NCBI RefSeq assembly: GCF_006345805.1
Contig: NC_043011.1
Span: forward strand, 67,654,464-67,718,463
Direction: 5' to 3'
Source of the DNA: Octopus sinensis
Lineage: Eukaryota
DNA length: 64,000 nt
The notes below the pieces were generated by a model, which saw only the letters and a list, made by a program, of their open reading frames with translations, was not told the DNA's origin and did no database searches. The position numbers and the translations under genes are program-made. Position 1 is the first letter of the stretch. Each line of letters begins with the position of its first letter. This document shows, in pieces, positions 1 through 12,779 of the stretch.

Positions 1-487
1 AGTCTGTTTTCATTTCATCTATAGCCTTTATTACATCGTCTTCCTTTATATCGATGTAATTTATCGTCGCCGCCTCTGAGTTTATATCTGCAGTGGTAAA
101 GAAGTCAGTTGGATTGGTGATTTGGAGATGCCCAAGGGGTGGAGTGAAAACACTCCTGAATTGCTCATTCAGTATTTCACTTACTCTCATTGGTTTTCCT
201 GTGAGTGTACCATCCTCTTCAAGGAGTGGCCCTATCCTACAGTGCACCGTAGCTGTTTCTTTGGCATGCATGTAGAAAGCTCTGGAGTTAGATTTTATGT
301 TGTATGTAGCCCAGGCTTCTCTGTCTGCTCTTTCTTTTTCATGGGAGAGTTGCAGACATTTTTCAATTTCCAGCAGTTTTATTTTCAGGCGGGACTTTTC
401 ACTGCTTTCAATTTATTTGTTTAGGCGATTTGAAACTTTTGTACGCCGTCTCATTAGAATTTTCCTCTCTGGGGATTTTGCTCTTAA
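1..487 (-). mobile_element. CR1/L2-group LINE ORF2 linker fragment (degraded)
   Basis: Minus strand reads ...TINYIDIKEDDVIKAIDEMKTD and [20 protein letters not shown], closely similar to the ORF at 7832-8803. Confidence 0.8.
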
Positions 488-542
488 ATATATATATATT
501 TTTACTATACATATATATATATATATACATATATATGTATAT

Positions 543-586
<44 letters not shown>

Positions 587-868
587 TATAGATATATGTA
601 TATATATGTATAAATATATATATATGTATATATATATATGTGTATAGATATATGTATATATATATCTGTATATATTTATGTATATATATATGCGTATTTA
701 TATATGTGTATATACATGTATGTATATATATATATATATGTATATATGTATATGTATATATGCATATGTATATATGTATGTATATATGTAAATTTATATA
801 TATATATGTATATATATATGTATATATATGTAAATATACATGTATATATATGTATACATATATATATG

Positions 869-899
<31 letters not shown>

Positions 900-900
900 G

Positions 901-937
<37 letters not shown>

Positions 938-968
938 ATAAATATGTATATATGTGTATATATATATA
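488..968. repeat. (TA)n/(TATG)/(TG) compound microsatellite
   Basis: Direct inspection. Confidence 0.97.
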
Positions 969-1084
969 GTTGGAATTTACAAAAGTTGAAGATGGGTGTG
1001 TAAACAAAGGGCTGTATCAGTTTAATGCTCGGGAAGGTGAGAATGCCTTTTACATTTTGAACTGATGCGCTCCAACAGAAAGGA
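969..1084 (-). mobile_element. Degenerate Penelope pseudo-LTR-like fragment with decayed hammerhead-like motif (1046-1083)
   Basis: Similar to the repeats at 11082-11317 and 31560-31710; minus strand ccttt-CTGTTGGA-gc...ttc-AAAA-tg-TA-aaagg. Confidence 0.5.
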
Positions 1085-1087
1085 TAT

Positions 1088-1193
<106 letters not shown>

Positions 1194-1277
1194 TGTTTAT
1201 GTATGTATGGATGGATGAATGTATGTGTACACATACATACAGATACAGAATGATATTCTTGAACATATCTATTCCAG

Positions 1278-1399
1278 GTTACTTGACCCAGCCTATATTG
1301 TCAGTGATACCGAAGTGCTGCTACGGGAATATTTAAAGATACGTAATGCTCAACCAAGCGACGATGAATGGGAAGTTGACAGCCCAATTGTAAAATCTG
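1278..1399 (+). CDS. Bcl-2-family gene, internal exon (BH4-like helix plus acidic loop)
   Basis: Acceptor ttccAG at 1276-77 and donor GTtagt at 1400. Encodes [40 protein letters not shown]. Its phase-1 end matches the phase of the exon at 10351. Confidence 0.65.
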
Positions 1400-1669
1400 G
1401 TTAGTTACGCTTCTTCTTGTTTCTACTGAGTCGGTACAAAGGCAATATCCTAAAGGACACAATACAGAGTTTTTGGGTTTTTTTTATAATTAGCTTTTTT
1501 TTATTTCCGGTTTTCCCTGTTATAATTGAAAACAGCACAGCGAGGGGACTGTGAAGTCTTGTATAAAACAAATGGGGAAGTGTCACCTTTTATTTGGAAA
1601 AGAAAGGAAAAGAGAGAGCAAAAAATGCATAAATAATAATAATAATGGTAAATAAATAATAATTACATA

Positions 1670-1896
1670 TGTTATGTGTCGTTTCGTTCTGATGGGAAAT
1701 GGACAACTCAATTGAAGGCATATATCGTTTTAAGTCTTTATTTGCTTTGCATGTTACACCAACTGTCTGACATTCAGCGCAGTGATACTTATATACCTTA
1801 GACATAGCGTAGTAGTACTTATAAATTAGTGCCAAAAGCGGGGACGTATTCCAGACACGCACGCCCACGCATGCACATAGATATGAATGTGTAACA
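1670..1896 (-). repeat. Gypsy 3' LTR (227 bp, TG...CA)
   Basis: Direct repeat of 6366-6584 with about 12 substitutions by manual count; polypurine tract AAGAAGAAGAGA (minus strand, 1897-1908) adjacent. Confidence 0.93.
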
Positions 1897-4800
1897 TCTC
1901 TTCTTCTTGAAAAAATAAAGGGGTCTTTTGGCAGTGAAGACAAATATAGTAGTCTTCCTTACTCTAATGGATTGTCAGCGCGAGGTGGCAATCCTGCGGC
2001 AGAAACCGTGAGAGTATTCTGCCTCTGCTTTGTAATCTAGCAGAATTAGTTACTTATCTTTTCATTTTTTTTCAAGGCCTTTGTCATGAATAAAAAGAGA
2101 AAATATTTACATTTTTATCAAAATATACCATTACTTTCAATTGCCTAAAAAAATTTAATAAGAAAATGAAAACCAAAATTGAGTAAAATTAAATTAATCA
2201 TAGCAGTTTTGAAAGTTCATGTATATTTTTATATGAAATTCATATGGTAGCAGTTATTTGTCTCCTGATGTCTGCTAGCCATAAGAGTAGTAGTAGATTT
2301 TTTAACGGTATCGAACCGGTGGCAGAATGTTCTTTCTCCATCTGGTGGATCTTGTGCTTCGCACCGGTGTCTGAAGTGTGTTGTTGGGCTACCGATAGGT
2401 GGTTGTGCCCGTTGGGGTGATAATTCTGTTGGTGTTGTCACTGATGCAGTAGGTGTTGTACATGTTGTCTGCTGAGGGGTGGTTGGTGCCCGTTGGGGTG
2501 ATGATTCTGTGGTTGTTGTCACTGATGCAGCAGGTGTTGTACACGTTGTCTGCGACAGCTTTGGTGTTGGGCGGATGTGGGCCCTGTTGCGTCTCGGCTG
2601 CCTACCAGATTCCGTTTCTATTATATATGATCTTGGATTTTCAGCTCTACTGACAACCTGTGCTGGGATCCATGTTTTAGTTACGGGATCTTGAGTATGC
2701 ACATGTTGTCCTCCAAGTATCTCAGGTAAGTATTGTGCATGTTTGTTGTAATATTTCTGTGATTGTTCTTGAGTGGCTGCTAGCTTTGCCCTTGTCTCTT
2801 CCTGGTCAATAGGAGGTTGGATCTTACTTGGCAGGGTAGTTTTGTACTTCCTGCCATTCAGCAATTCTGCTGGGGATTTCATATCAGCTCTCAGTGGTGT
2901 CGCTCGTAGGGACAGAAGTGCCAGGTGTGGGTCTTCTTTAGTCTCTCGGCATTTGACTAGTGTTCTCTTCACTGTCTGCACCTGTCTTTCTATAAACCCA
3001 TGACCTTTGAGGTACTGTGGAGATGAGGTTGTAATATTGAACCCATACTCATCGGCTAGCTTTTTGAATTCTTGCGATGTGAACTAGGTTCCATTGACAC
3101 ATATGATCTGCTCTGGTATTCCTTGCTCTGCTAGAAGTCCTCGAGCCACTGTAGTGATTGTTTTGAATCTCAGGTCTTTCACTTTTCTCACAAATGGAAA
3201 TTTGGAGTAATAGCAGGCCATTATCAAATACCATTCTTGGTTTTCTATGAACAGATCTACTCCAATAGTTTGCCATGGTCTTCTTGGGATGTCACTAGAT
3301 ATCATTTCCTCCTTTTGTTGTGAGTTTCTGTACTTTTGACAGCATGTAGAAACTGTATTTTCTATGTCTTTGTACATGCCTACCCAATATACTGCTGACT
3401 TGGCTCGGAGCTTGCATTTCTTCATTCCTAGATGCCCTAGGTGGATCTTGTCAAGAATCTCTTTTTGCATTGACTTGGGTATAATTATTCGGGGTCCAGT
3501 CATCAGGATTCCATTCTCCACTGATATATCATCATGGATGGTCCAATATTCACGAATGAGGGGCTGCACCTGACGTCTCTTTTCTGGCCACCCCTGAATC
3601 ACCATCTGAGTAAGGAGCTGGAGTTCTTCATCTTTGCTGGTCTCCTCTTTGATTTCTGCTAGCTTTGTGGTTGTTACATTTACAATGTAGTGGACGTTTA
3701 TGCTTAGTCTTTCCATCTCCTGTTTATCACGTGAGGATAGTCTGGAAAGAGCATCCGCCAATATCAGGTCTTTTCCTGGCTTGTACCTGATATCGTAGTC
3801 GTATGTTTGAAGCCTTAACAGTAATCTTTGCAGTCTGGTTGGTGCTTTTGTGAGGTTTTTTCTATGTATTTGTTCTAGCGGGCGATGGTCTGTTTCAATA
3901 TAGAAATGTCTGCCATACAGGTATGTATGGAACTTTTCACATCCATATACTACTGCCAGGAGTTCCCTTTCAATATTTGTGTACCTTGCCTCTGTGAGAG
4001 AGCTTTCGAGGCATATGCAATGGGTTTACCTTCCTGTATCAGTGCTGCACCAACTCCTCTCATAGAAGCATCGACTTGGAGTATTATTGGTTTGCGTCTG
4101 TCATAGTATTGCAGAGTTGTCTCCTTACTGATGAGCTTTTTGATTGCTTCGAAATCCTGTGTGTATGAAGCACACCAATCAAACTCTACGTCATATTTGT
4201 TTAGATCTCGGAGATTTGCATACCCAGCCAGCTTGTGTATGAAGGCTCCCATGTAGTGGATGAGTCCCAGGAAGCTCCTGAGTTCCTTCTTGTCTTTGGG
4301 TTCTTTGATGTCTCTGATGGCTTCCACTTTAGCGGGGTCTGGTTTAACTCCCTCTGCAGAGTATATAATTCCAAAGAATTTGCACTCCTTTGCTTTTATC
4401 ACACACTTGTCTGCATTAAATTTGATACCTGCTTGTCAGGTTTTCTCCATAGCTTCATGTAAATTGAAGTCATGTGTGGTCTCATCCTTGCCATGCACTT
4501 GGATGTCATCTGCTATCCCAATTGCTCCCTTGCAGCCTTGGTAGGTCTCATCTATTTGGCTCTGAAAAACATCTTGGCTCACCTTCAATCCAAATGGGAG
4601 TCGGTTGAATCGATATCTGCCAAATGGTGTGTTGAAGGTAGTAAGCATGGATGACTCTTCGTCTATCTTTATATTCCAGTACCCATTACTGGCATCCAGT
4701 TTGCTGAATAATTTGGACCCAGCCAATGATGGTGTGATTTCTTCAAGGGTTGGAATTGGATGGTACTCTCTTTTTAATGCCTTGTTCAGGTCCCTTGGGT

Positions 4801-6353
4801 CGAGGCATATCCGTAGGGTACCATTGGGTTTTTCCTTGATTACGATTGAATTTACCCAGTCTGTTGGTCGTGTCACTTTGGTGATTATTTCTTTTTTTCC
4901 ATTCTGTCCAACTCTGTCTTCAGCTTCTCTTTTAGTTCTAGAGGGACGCGGCGAGGTGGGTGAACAATTGGTTTGATATTTGGGTCGACTGTTATATGGT
5001 ATCGACATTTCACAAAGCACTGTATCGTCAAATCATTCAGGGTACATGCTTATCAGTTCTTTGTTTGTGATGGGTGGTCGGTCTTTGATAGGCATATCTC
5101 TGTCAATCCTGCTTGGAGCTGCCTTCACTTCACCATTGATTGACACAATATTTAGCTTTTTGCAGGTATCGTGTCCAAGAATTGCTGGTCCCTCTGTTCT
5201 TGTGACATTAAAAGAACACGTGATTATTTTTCCTTTGTGTGTCCCTGTGATTGTTGTTTTGCCCAGTTGTGGAATCCTGGTACCTCCGTACGCAGTGAGG
5301 ATTACATCACTTGGTGTGAGGATTCCTTCTTTGACTTTATCCTCTTGTGTCATGTGTTCTGGGAACACCTTTTTGTGGAGGTTGACAGGCAAGATATCAC
5401 TCTGGGCTCCAGTGTCAATCTTCAGCCTTAAGTCAATGTTTATTCGTTTCTGGTCGTCATTTCCCATCTCATGCACATTTATTGAGCCGACTGCCAAGAA
5501 TTCCTCCTCTGAGGTGTTTTGTTCTTGTTGTTGGGCATGTATATCTCTTTTTCTATTTCCGCTCCTCTTTGAAAATTGGGGCTTGTTTTTCTGGGATTTT
5601 GTTACCCTACACATATTTTCCTAGTGGTTGGGTTTTCCACATGCTTTGCAGTGTGTACCGAATGCAGGATATTTCTTCCGGTTATTGAACTCATGCTCCG
5701 TACCACAGTACTGGCATGTTCTTTGTTTGCGGGTATGTGCCTAGATACAATATCTACACTGCTGCCTAGTGAGTTTGTTTGTAAGGTAAGTGAGGTCATT
5801 TGTTTGGTAGTGGCTTCGAATGCTCTTGCAGTGTCTACTGCTTCTATCAACTGGAGAGCGTCCTTACCTATGAGGGATTTCTGAACTTCTTTATGAGCAC
5901 ACCCCCATATTAATTGATCAACAATTCTTTCGTCCTTATCTTTGAATTTGCATTTTTCGGCAACATTCTTTAATCTGGACAGGAAGTTGTCAATCGTTTC
6001 TTGTGGGTCTTGTTTCAGGCCCCTGGAATTCGTATCTGTGAATTCTATGGTTCGACCTGGGCTCTAGGTGCCTTTCAAATTTCTCTAAAAGTGTGTCTGG
6101 GTTATTGCAATCCGATTCTGACATGTCCCAGCTATTGAATAGGTCTAGGCCCTCCTCTCCCGTCCATAAAAGGATGTAGCTTACCTTTTCTTCGGCGGTT
6201 GTACCTTTCAGGAAACTTTTGAAAGCTAGTTGAGTTTTCTGTTTAAATTTCTTAAACACTTCCACGATATCATCGGAGTCCCAGTTCATGGTTGGATGTA
6301 AATTCATCTGAACAGTGACGGGGTCGCCATTTTGCAACCCCGTGTATGTATGT

Positions 6354-6365
6354 CCGCTGCCACCA
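6354..6365 (-). promoter_or_regulatory. Primer-binding site TGGTGGCAGCGG (tRNA-Leu-type 3' end)
   Basis: Lies immediately inside the 5' LTR and is complementary to ...CCGCUGCCACCA. Confidence 0.8.
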
Positions 6366-6583
6366 TGTTATGTGTCGTTTCGTTCTGATGGGAGATGGAC
6401 AACTCAATTGAAGGCATATATCGTTTTATGTGTTTATTTGCTTTGCATGTTACACTAACTGTCTGACATTCAGCGCAGTGATACTTATATACCTTAAACA
6501 CAGCGTCGTAATACTTATAAAATAGTGCCAAAAGCGGGGACGCATTCCACACACGCACGCCCTCGCATGCACATAGATATGAA

Positions 6584-6584
<1 letters not shown>
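6366..6584 (-). repeat. Gypsy 5' LTR (outer 8 bp replaced by (AAAT)n)
   Basis: Matches 1670-1888. Confidence 0.93.
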
Positions 6585-6634
<50 letters not shown>

Positions 6635-6841
6635 ATGAATAAATAATGATAAATAAATAAGTTTCGTTTTGGGATTTGATTTGGAAGATTCTTTATGTGA
6701 GTTTGTGTGCTTGAAGCATATTCTGTTGCGCCTGGGGAGAGTCATTCTCTTTTGGTGCCTTATAATTTAACACACTCACCAGTAAAAGTTCTGCTTAATT
6801 CTTTTTTATTCGTTTTTCTTTTTTATATTTTTTTATATTTT

Positions 6842-7095
6842 TCATCACCATCATCATCATCATCATCATCATGCTAGCATGGGTTGGACGATTTTGACTG
6901 AGGGCTGGCAAACCAGATGGCTGCACCAGGGTCCAGTCTTGATTTGGCAGAGTTTCTACAGCTGGGTGCCCTTCCTAACGCCAGCCATTACGAGAATGTA
7001 GTGGGTGCTTTTTACGTGCCACTGGCACGGGGGCCAGTCAGGCAGTACTGGCAGTGACTTCGCTCGAATCTTTTTGCACATTCCACCGGCACGGA
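6842..7095 (-). mobile_element. RTE-type LINE/SINE 3' end with (ATG)n tail
   Basis: (CAT)n followed by gctagcatgggttggacg...tgcccttcctaacgcca, typical of RTE-related tails. Confidence 0.55.
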
Positions 7096-7260
7096 TTATT
7101 TACTTTTAATTTTGCATTTTTTATTTTTTGTTATAATTGGAAATTTGACCAGTGAGTGTGTTAAATAATAAGGCACGAAAAGAAAATGACTCTCCCCAAA
7201 CACAACAGAAAATAAATAAATTATGATGATAAATGAATAAATAAATAAATAATAATAATG

Positions 7261-7319
<59 letters not shown>

Positions 7320-7376
7320 CAGCGAAAAAATAAATAATAATAATAAATAAATAATATTAATAATGAATAGAATAGG

Positions 7377-7526
7377 TGCAGGCGTGGCTGTGTGATAAGT
7401 AGCTTGTTTAGCAACCACAGGGTTCCGGGTTCAGACCCACAGTGTGATACCTTGGTTAAGTGTCTTCTACTATTGCCTTGGGCTGACAAAAGCCTTATGA
7501 GTGGATTTGGAAAACACAAACTGGAA
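7377..7526 (+). mobile_element. tRNA-derived SINE (family A)
   Basis: A-box-like TGGCTGTGTGAT and B-box-like GGTTCAGAC; same family at 37760 (+) and 50320-50484 (-). Confidence 0.8.
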
Positions 7527-7696
7527 TATATGCTCACATTATATATATATATATCACGTGATCACGTGACCGACCAGACCATCAGATGTTGTTACACATC
7601 GCTGGTCACAATGCGTTAACATTGTTTTAGCCTTCGAATGACGCCACCCCGCTGGCTAAGCGAGCAGGCCAATATATATATATATATATACATATA

Positions 7697-7791
<95 letters not shown>

Positions 7792-7819
7792 TATATATAT
7801 ACTATATATATATATAGAG

Positions 7820-8735
7820 AGAGAGCTGTCTATGATTGGGCCAAAAGTAACCAGAGACATACACCCTAAAGGAAGCACCCGAAATCTCTACAATCTGTAC
7901 TTCCACAAAGCAGATTGGAAAAAAGAGATCCTCAGAGAGGACTGCCCGGAATGTCTCTCCACACCAGACATTAACATGAAACTAGAATGCTTCATGTCTT
8001 CTATGCAAGCCGTATGCCAGAAATTTGTCCCAGAGCACAAGGCCAAAACAAATAGGAGCAAGATTCCAAGAGACAGGAAGATCCTCATGAGACGACGGAC
8101 GAAGGTTGCAAATCGTCTCAAACAACATCCCAAAAGTAGCAAAACGTCCCGCCTAAACACAACACTGATGGAGATCGAAAAAAGGCTGCAACAATCCTAT
8201 GTGAGGGAGAAAGCAGACAAAGAAGCCTGGGTTATAAAAAACATTAAATCAAACCCAAAGGCCTTCTTTCATTACGCGAAAGAAACAGTCTCAGTGCACT
8301 ACAAGATAGGACCCCTCCTCCAAAAGGATGGCTCCCTCACAGACAGTCCAACTAAGATCAGTGAGATGCTGAATGACCAGTTCAAAAGTATCTTTACGAC
8401 CCCGTTGGAACACAGAAAAGTGAACGAACCAGTGGACTTCTTTGCCGCCTCACCTATAACCAGCAAGGCGGTTACAATAGAATGTATTGACATTAGCGAA
8501 AAAGATGTCCTACTAGCCATAGATAAAGTGGACACAAACTCAACTGCTGGTCCAGATGGTTTCCCAGCAATCCTCCTCAAAGCATGTAAGCATGCCCTGG
8601 CAAAACCCCTCAAGATTCTCTTCCAGAGCTTTCTTGCGAATGGCAAACTGCCAAGCAAGCTGAAGGAAGGAATAATATGCCCAATACATAAAGTGGGAAG
8701 TAGAGCAGATGCCAAAAACTATAGGCCTATCTCTC
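7820..8735 (+). mobile_element. CR1/L2-group LINE ORF2 fragment (linker plus RT N-terminus)
   Basis: NPKAFFHYAK, AGPDGFP, ICPIHK..NYRPIS; truncated after RPIS. Confidence 0.9.
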
Positions 8736-9555
8736 CTGACTGCTTTTACTATAGAAATCCTAAGCCACAGAATCGTCATAAAATGCAAGATATTCTGCTT
8801 TAAATGAAGAAATGTTATCAATGATATGAAACATTGGTCTAGATCGATGCTGTGTGGTAATGGTCTGGACGAGATGACAAGTATCATAATGGCGGTATGA
8901 ACTGTCCTGAATTGGTGTTGTAACGGGTGAAAGAAGTGTTAACGCAATGGCTGCTGGGTGTGTAGATATATTTGAAGGAAGGAAGGCTTTCGGAAATGAT
9001 GTGAGAAATATATAACCAAAACGGTAACCGGAAGTTGCCCAGGATAATGCATTGGAGCAGTCACGTGGCAGATGGAAAATGAGGGGAAGTGATATGATGG
9101 TTACTGAAAGCGTGTGTGTATGTGTGTGTGATCAATACCTATGGAGCTGTGCTTACCTCCGTCGACGGGTGCCTGACTTCAATTTTTTCCTAGATTCCTT
9201 TTCTATTGTGATTAACGAAATTATTCCAAAACATTTTATTGCAATGAAATACATTTAAAACATGTTATTCTATGCTCCGAGGTACATTATTACATACCGT
9301 TTTCACTTCTTTTGGGTTTAATATCTAGCTGTTAGCCTTCAGTTGCGATGTAGTGCATTGACTGATAAATTGCCTCATTGTAGACACACAAATTAACAGA
9401 GTCAATGCTCTGTACGTTAATAACCAATATCTGGAATGTATAATGTTGCATTTTGCAGCAATTTGACTGAAATTACATATTTAGGAATGAATTAATAAAT
9501 TATAGAAATCAAAAACTAGTGCATTTTATTTTCTGTATATATGTGTATACTTATT

Positions 9556-10320
9556 TGCATGCATGCATGCATGCATTCATACATACATACATACATACAT
9601 ACATGCATGCATACATACATACATACATGCATGCATGCATACATACATACATACATACATACATGCATACATGCATGCATACATTCATACATACATACAT
9701 ACATGCATACATACATGCATACAACATACATACATGCATACATGCATACATGCATGCATGCATGCATACATACATGCATACATACGTACGTAATTCATAC
9801 ATACATACATGCATGCATACATGCATGCATACATTCATACATACATACATGCATACATACATGCATACATGCATACATACATACATACATGCATACATAG
9901 ATACATACATGCATACATACATGCATGCATACATGCATGCATACATTCATACATACATACATACATGCATACATGCATACATAGATACATACATGCATAC
10001 ATACATACATGCATACATACATGCATACATGCATACATAGATACATACATGCATACATACATACATGCATACATACATGCATACATACATACATGCATGC
10101 ATGCATGCATGCATACATACATGCATACATACGTACGTAATTCATACATACGTACGTACATTCATACATACATACATACATACATACATACATACATACA
10201 TACATACATACATACATACATACATGCATGCATGCATGCATGCATACATACATACATACATACATGCATACATACGTACGTACATTCATACATACATACA
10301 TACATACATACATACATACT
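9556..10320. repeat. (CATA)n/(CATG)n compound microsatellite
   Basis: Direct inspection. Confidence 0.97.
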
Positions 10321-10350
10321 TCTTACTAATATATTATTTTCATAAATCAG

Positions 10351-10541
10351 ACAAACCAAATATATCAACCTGTCAGGAAGTTGGACGCAACTTAGCGCGG
10401 ATGGGTAACGAATTTAATGAAAAATATCAGGAGAATACCAACTGCGTTCTTGGTGAATACGAACCTAGTTTAAATGAATATGATAATTTCAAAAAAGCTG
10501 CCATGAAATTGTTATCAAAAATTCAAGAACCAGGTCTACAG
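10351..10541 (+). CDS. Bcl-2-family gene, BH3-containing exon
   Basis: Acceptor tcAG at 10349-50 and donor CAG|GTaact at 10542. Encodes DKPNISTCQEVGRNLARMGNEFNEKY...YDNFKKAAMKLLSKIQEPGLQ. LARMGNEF resembles the Bak/Bid BH3 motif (LxxxGD). Confidence 0.75.
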
Positions 10542-10944
10542 GTAACTGCAATCTCATTTTTCATATTACCTCACAAAAAATTATAACATCTACACTTCTG
10601 TCCCATTTTAAATGAATTGTTTAAAATTCAAATTTCAAGGCTGCTGTTCCTGTCCTCTTTGTGTATAAAGAAGATGTTATACTTCTTCTGATTCTTTATC
10701 CAGAATCGGCTTTTGTTTTGTGTGTGTGTTTAAATGGTCAATACTATCTCTAAATTTACACACTTTAAAATGATTCGCTCGCTTTCACTCTCTCTTTCCA
10801 TCTCCCCTTCTCTCTTCCCCTTAGTCTGTCTCACACTCACATACATACACGTACATGGGCACATACACAAACACACACACACAAACAGCATAGGTCTGGT
10901 GGAGCAGTATGAGGAAATACAGGCTTCTTATATATATATATATA

Positions 10945-11030
10945 TAATATTAATTCGAGACAAAACCACTATTTTGCAAAACAAACGAGGAAAGACTTAA
11001 TCAATACATAAAAGTTTTTAATATAAAGAA
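10945..11030 (-). repeat. Fragment of the pseudo-LTR that follows the hammerhead at 54620
   Basis: Reverse complement of 54684-54757 (gagacaaaaccactattttgcaaaacaaac...aatcaatacataaaa). Confidence 0.8.
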
Positions 11031-11080
<50 letters not shown>

Positions 11081-11081
11081 A

Positions 11082-11317
11082 CGGGAAGGTTTACGAAAAT
11101 AAACAAAAGACGAAGGCAGGTGGAGTACAAACAAACAAATGTATCAGTATGGCACTCAGGAATAGAAATAGTTAGTTAAGTTAGTTAGTTAATTATTTGG
11201 CTCAAAAAGCAAAAAGCAAGGCCATGTCTTTTACGTTTCGAGCTTACGCTCTTCGACAGAAAGATACACAGAAAAGAAACAAGGAGAGAGAAAAATGCGT
11301 GTAGGAGCTAACGGTCT
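11082..11317 (-). mobile_element. Penelope pseudo-LTR-like repeat with variant hammerhead (11227-11264), interrupted by a LINE tail at 11169-11226
   Basis: Reverse complement of 31560-31710; the insert matches the 3' end and (TAAC)n tail of the LINE ending at 24804. Confidence 0.7.
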
Positions 11318-11327
11318 ATTATTATTA

Positions 11328-11377
<50 letters not shown>

Positions 11378-11429
11378 TATTATTATTATTATTTTATATT
11401 ATTATTATTTATATTATTATTTATATTTA

Positions 11430-11490
<61 letters not shown>

Positions 11491-11543
11491 TTATATTATT
11501 ATTTATATTATATTATTATTATTATTTATTATTATTATTATTA

Positions 11544-11588
<45 letters not shown>

Positions 11589-11608
11589 TATATTATTATT
11601 TATATTTA

Positions 11609-11659
<51 letters not shown>

Positions 11660-11692
11660 CATTATTATTTATATTATTATTAATTTATATTA

Positions 11693-11758
<66 letters not shown>

Positions 11759-11764
11759 ATATTA

Positions 11765-11799
<35 letters not shown>

Positions 11800-11879
11800 T
11801 ATTATATTATTATTATTATTATTAATTATTATTATTATTATATTTATATTATTATTATTATATTATTATTATATTATTA

Positions 11880-11913
<34 letters not shown>

Positions 11914-12027
11914 TATATTATTATTTATATTTATATTATTATATTATTATTATTATTATATTATATTTATATTATTATTATTATTATTATTATATTTATA
12001 TTTATATTATTATTATTATTATTATTA

Positions 12028-12080
<53 letters not shown>

Positions 12081-12327
12081 TTATTATTATTATTATTATT
12101 ATTTATATTATTATTTTATTTATATTATTATTATTTATTATTATTATTTATTATTATTTATATTTTATTATTATTATTATTATTATATTATTTATATTTA
12201 TATTATTATTATTATTATTATTATTTATATTATTATTTATATTTATATTATTATTATTATTATATTATTATTTATATTATATTATTATTATTATTATTAT
12301 TATATTATTATTATTATTATATATTTA

Positions 12328-12364
<37 letters not shown>

Positions 12365-12430
12365 TATATTATTATTATATTTATATTATTATATTATTAT
12401 TATTATATTTATATTATATTATTATTATTA

Positions 12431-12477
<47 letters not shown>

Positions 12478-12583
12478 TATTATTTATTATATTATATTAT
12501 ATTATATATTATTATTATTATTATTATTATATTATTTATTATTATTATTATTATTTATATTATTATTTATATTTATATTATTA

Positions 12584-12629
<46 letters not shown>

Positions 12630-12695
12630 TATTATTATTATTATATTATTATTTCTATTATTATTATTATTTATATTATTATTTATATTTTATTA

Positions 12696-12746
<51 letters not shown>

Positions 12747-12752
12747 TATTAT
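11318..12752. repeat. Long imperfect (ATT)n microsatellite (about 1.4 kb)
   Basis: Direct inspection. Confidence 0.98.
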
Positions 12753-12779
12753 ATAAGTAGATAGATATACATATACATA

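Larger units (their letters stand above)
1670..6584 (-). mobile_element. Ty3/Gypsy LTR retrotransposon, near full length, frameshifted
   Basis: LTRs at 1670-1896 and 6366-6584. Domain order gag(5602-6337), PR(KIDTGAQ, 5033-5614), RT(KLDASNGYW, IADDI), RNaseH(VDAS), INT(HLGHLG..C..C, RPWQTIGVDLF). Confidence 0.95.

Noticed and set aside
7377-7450. tRNA genes at SINE heads (also 50484, 54480, 62050) and B-box-like strings at 41606-42007
   Set aside because: No complete cloverleaf; the heads continue into SINE bodies
11295-11825. Poly-Y/poly-I ORF
   Set aside because: (ATT)n microsatellite
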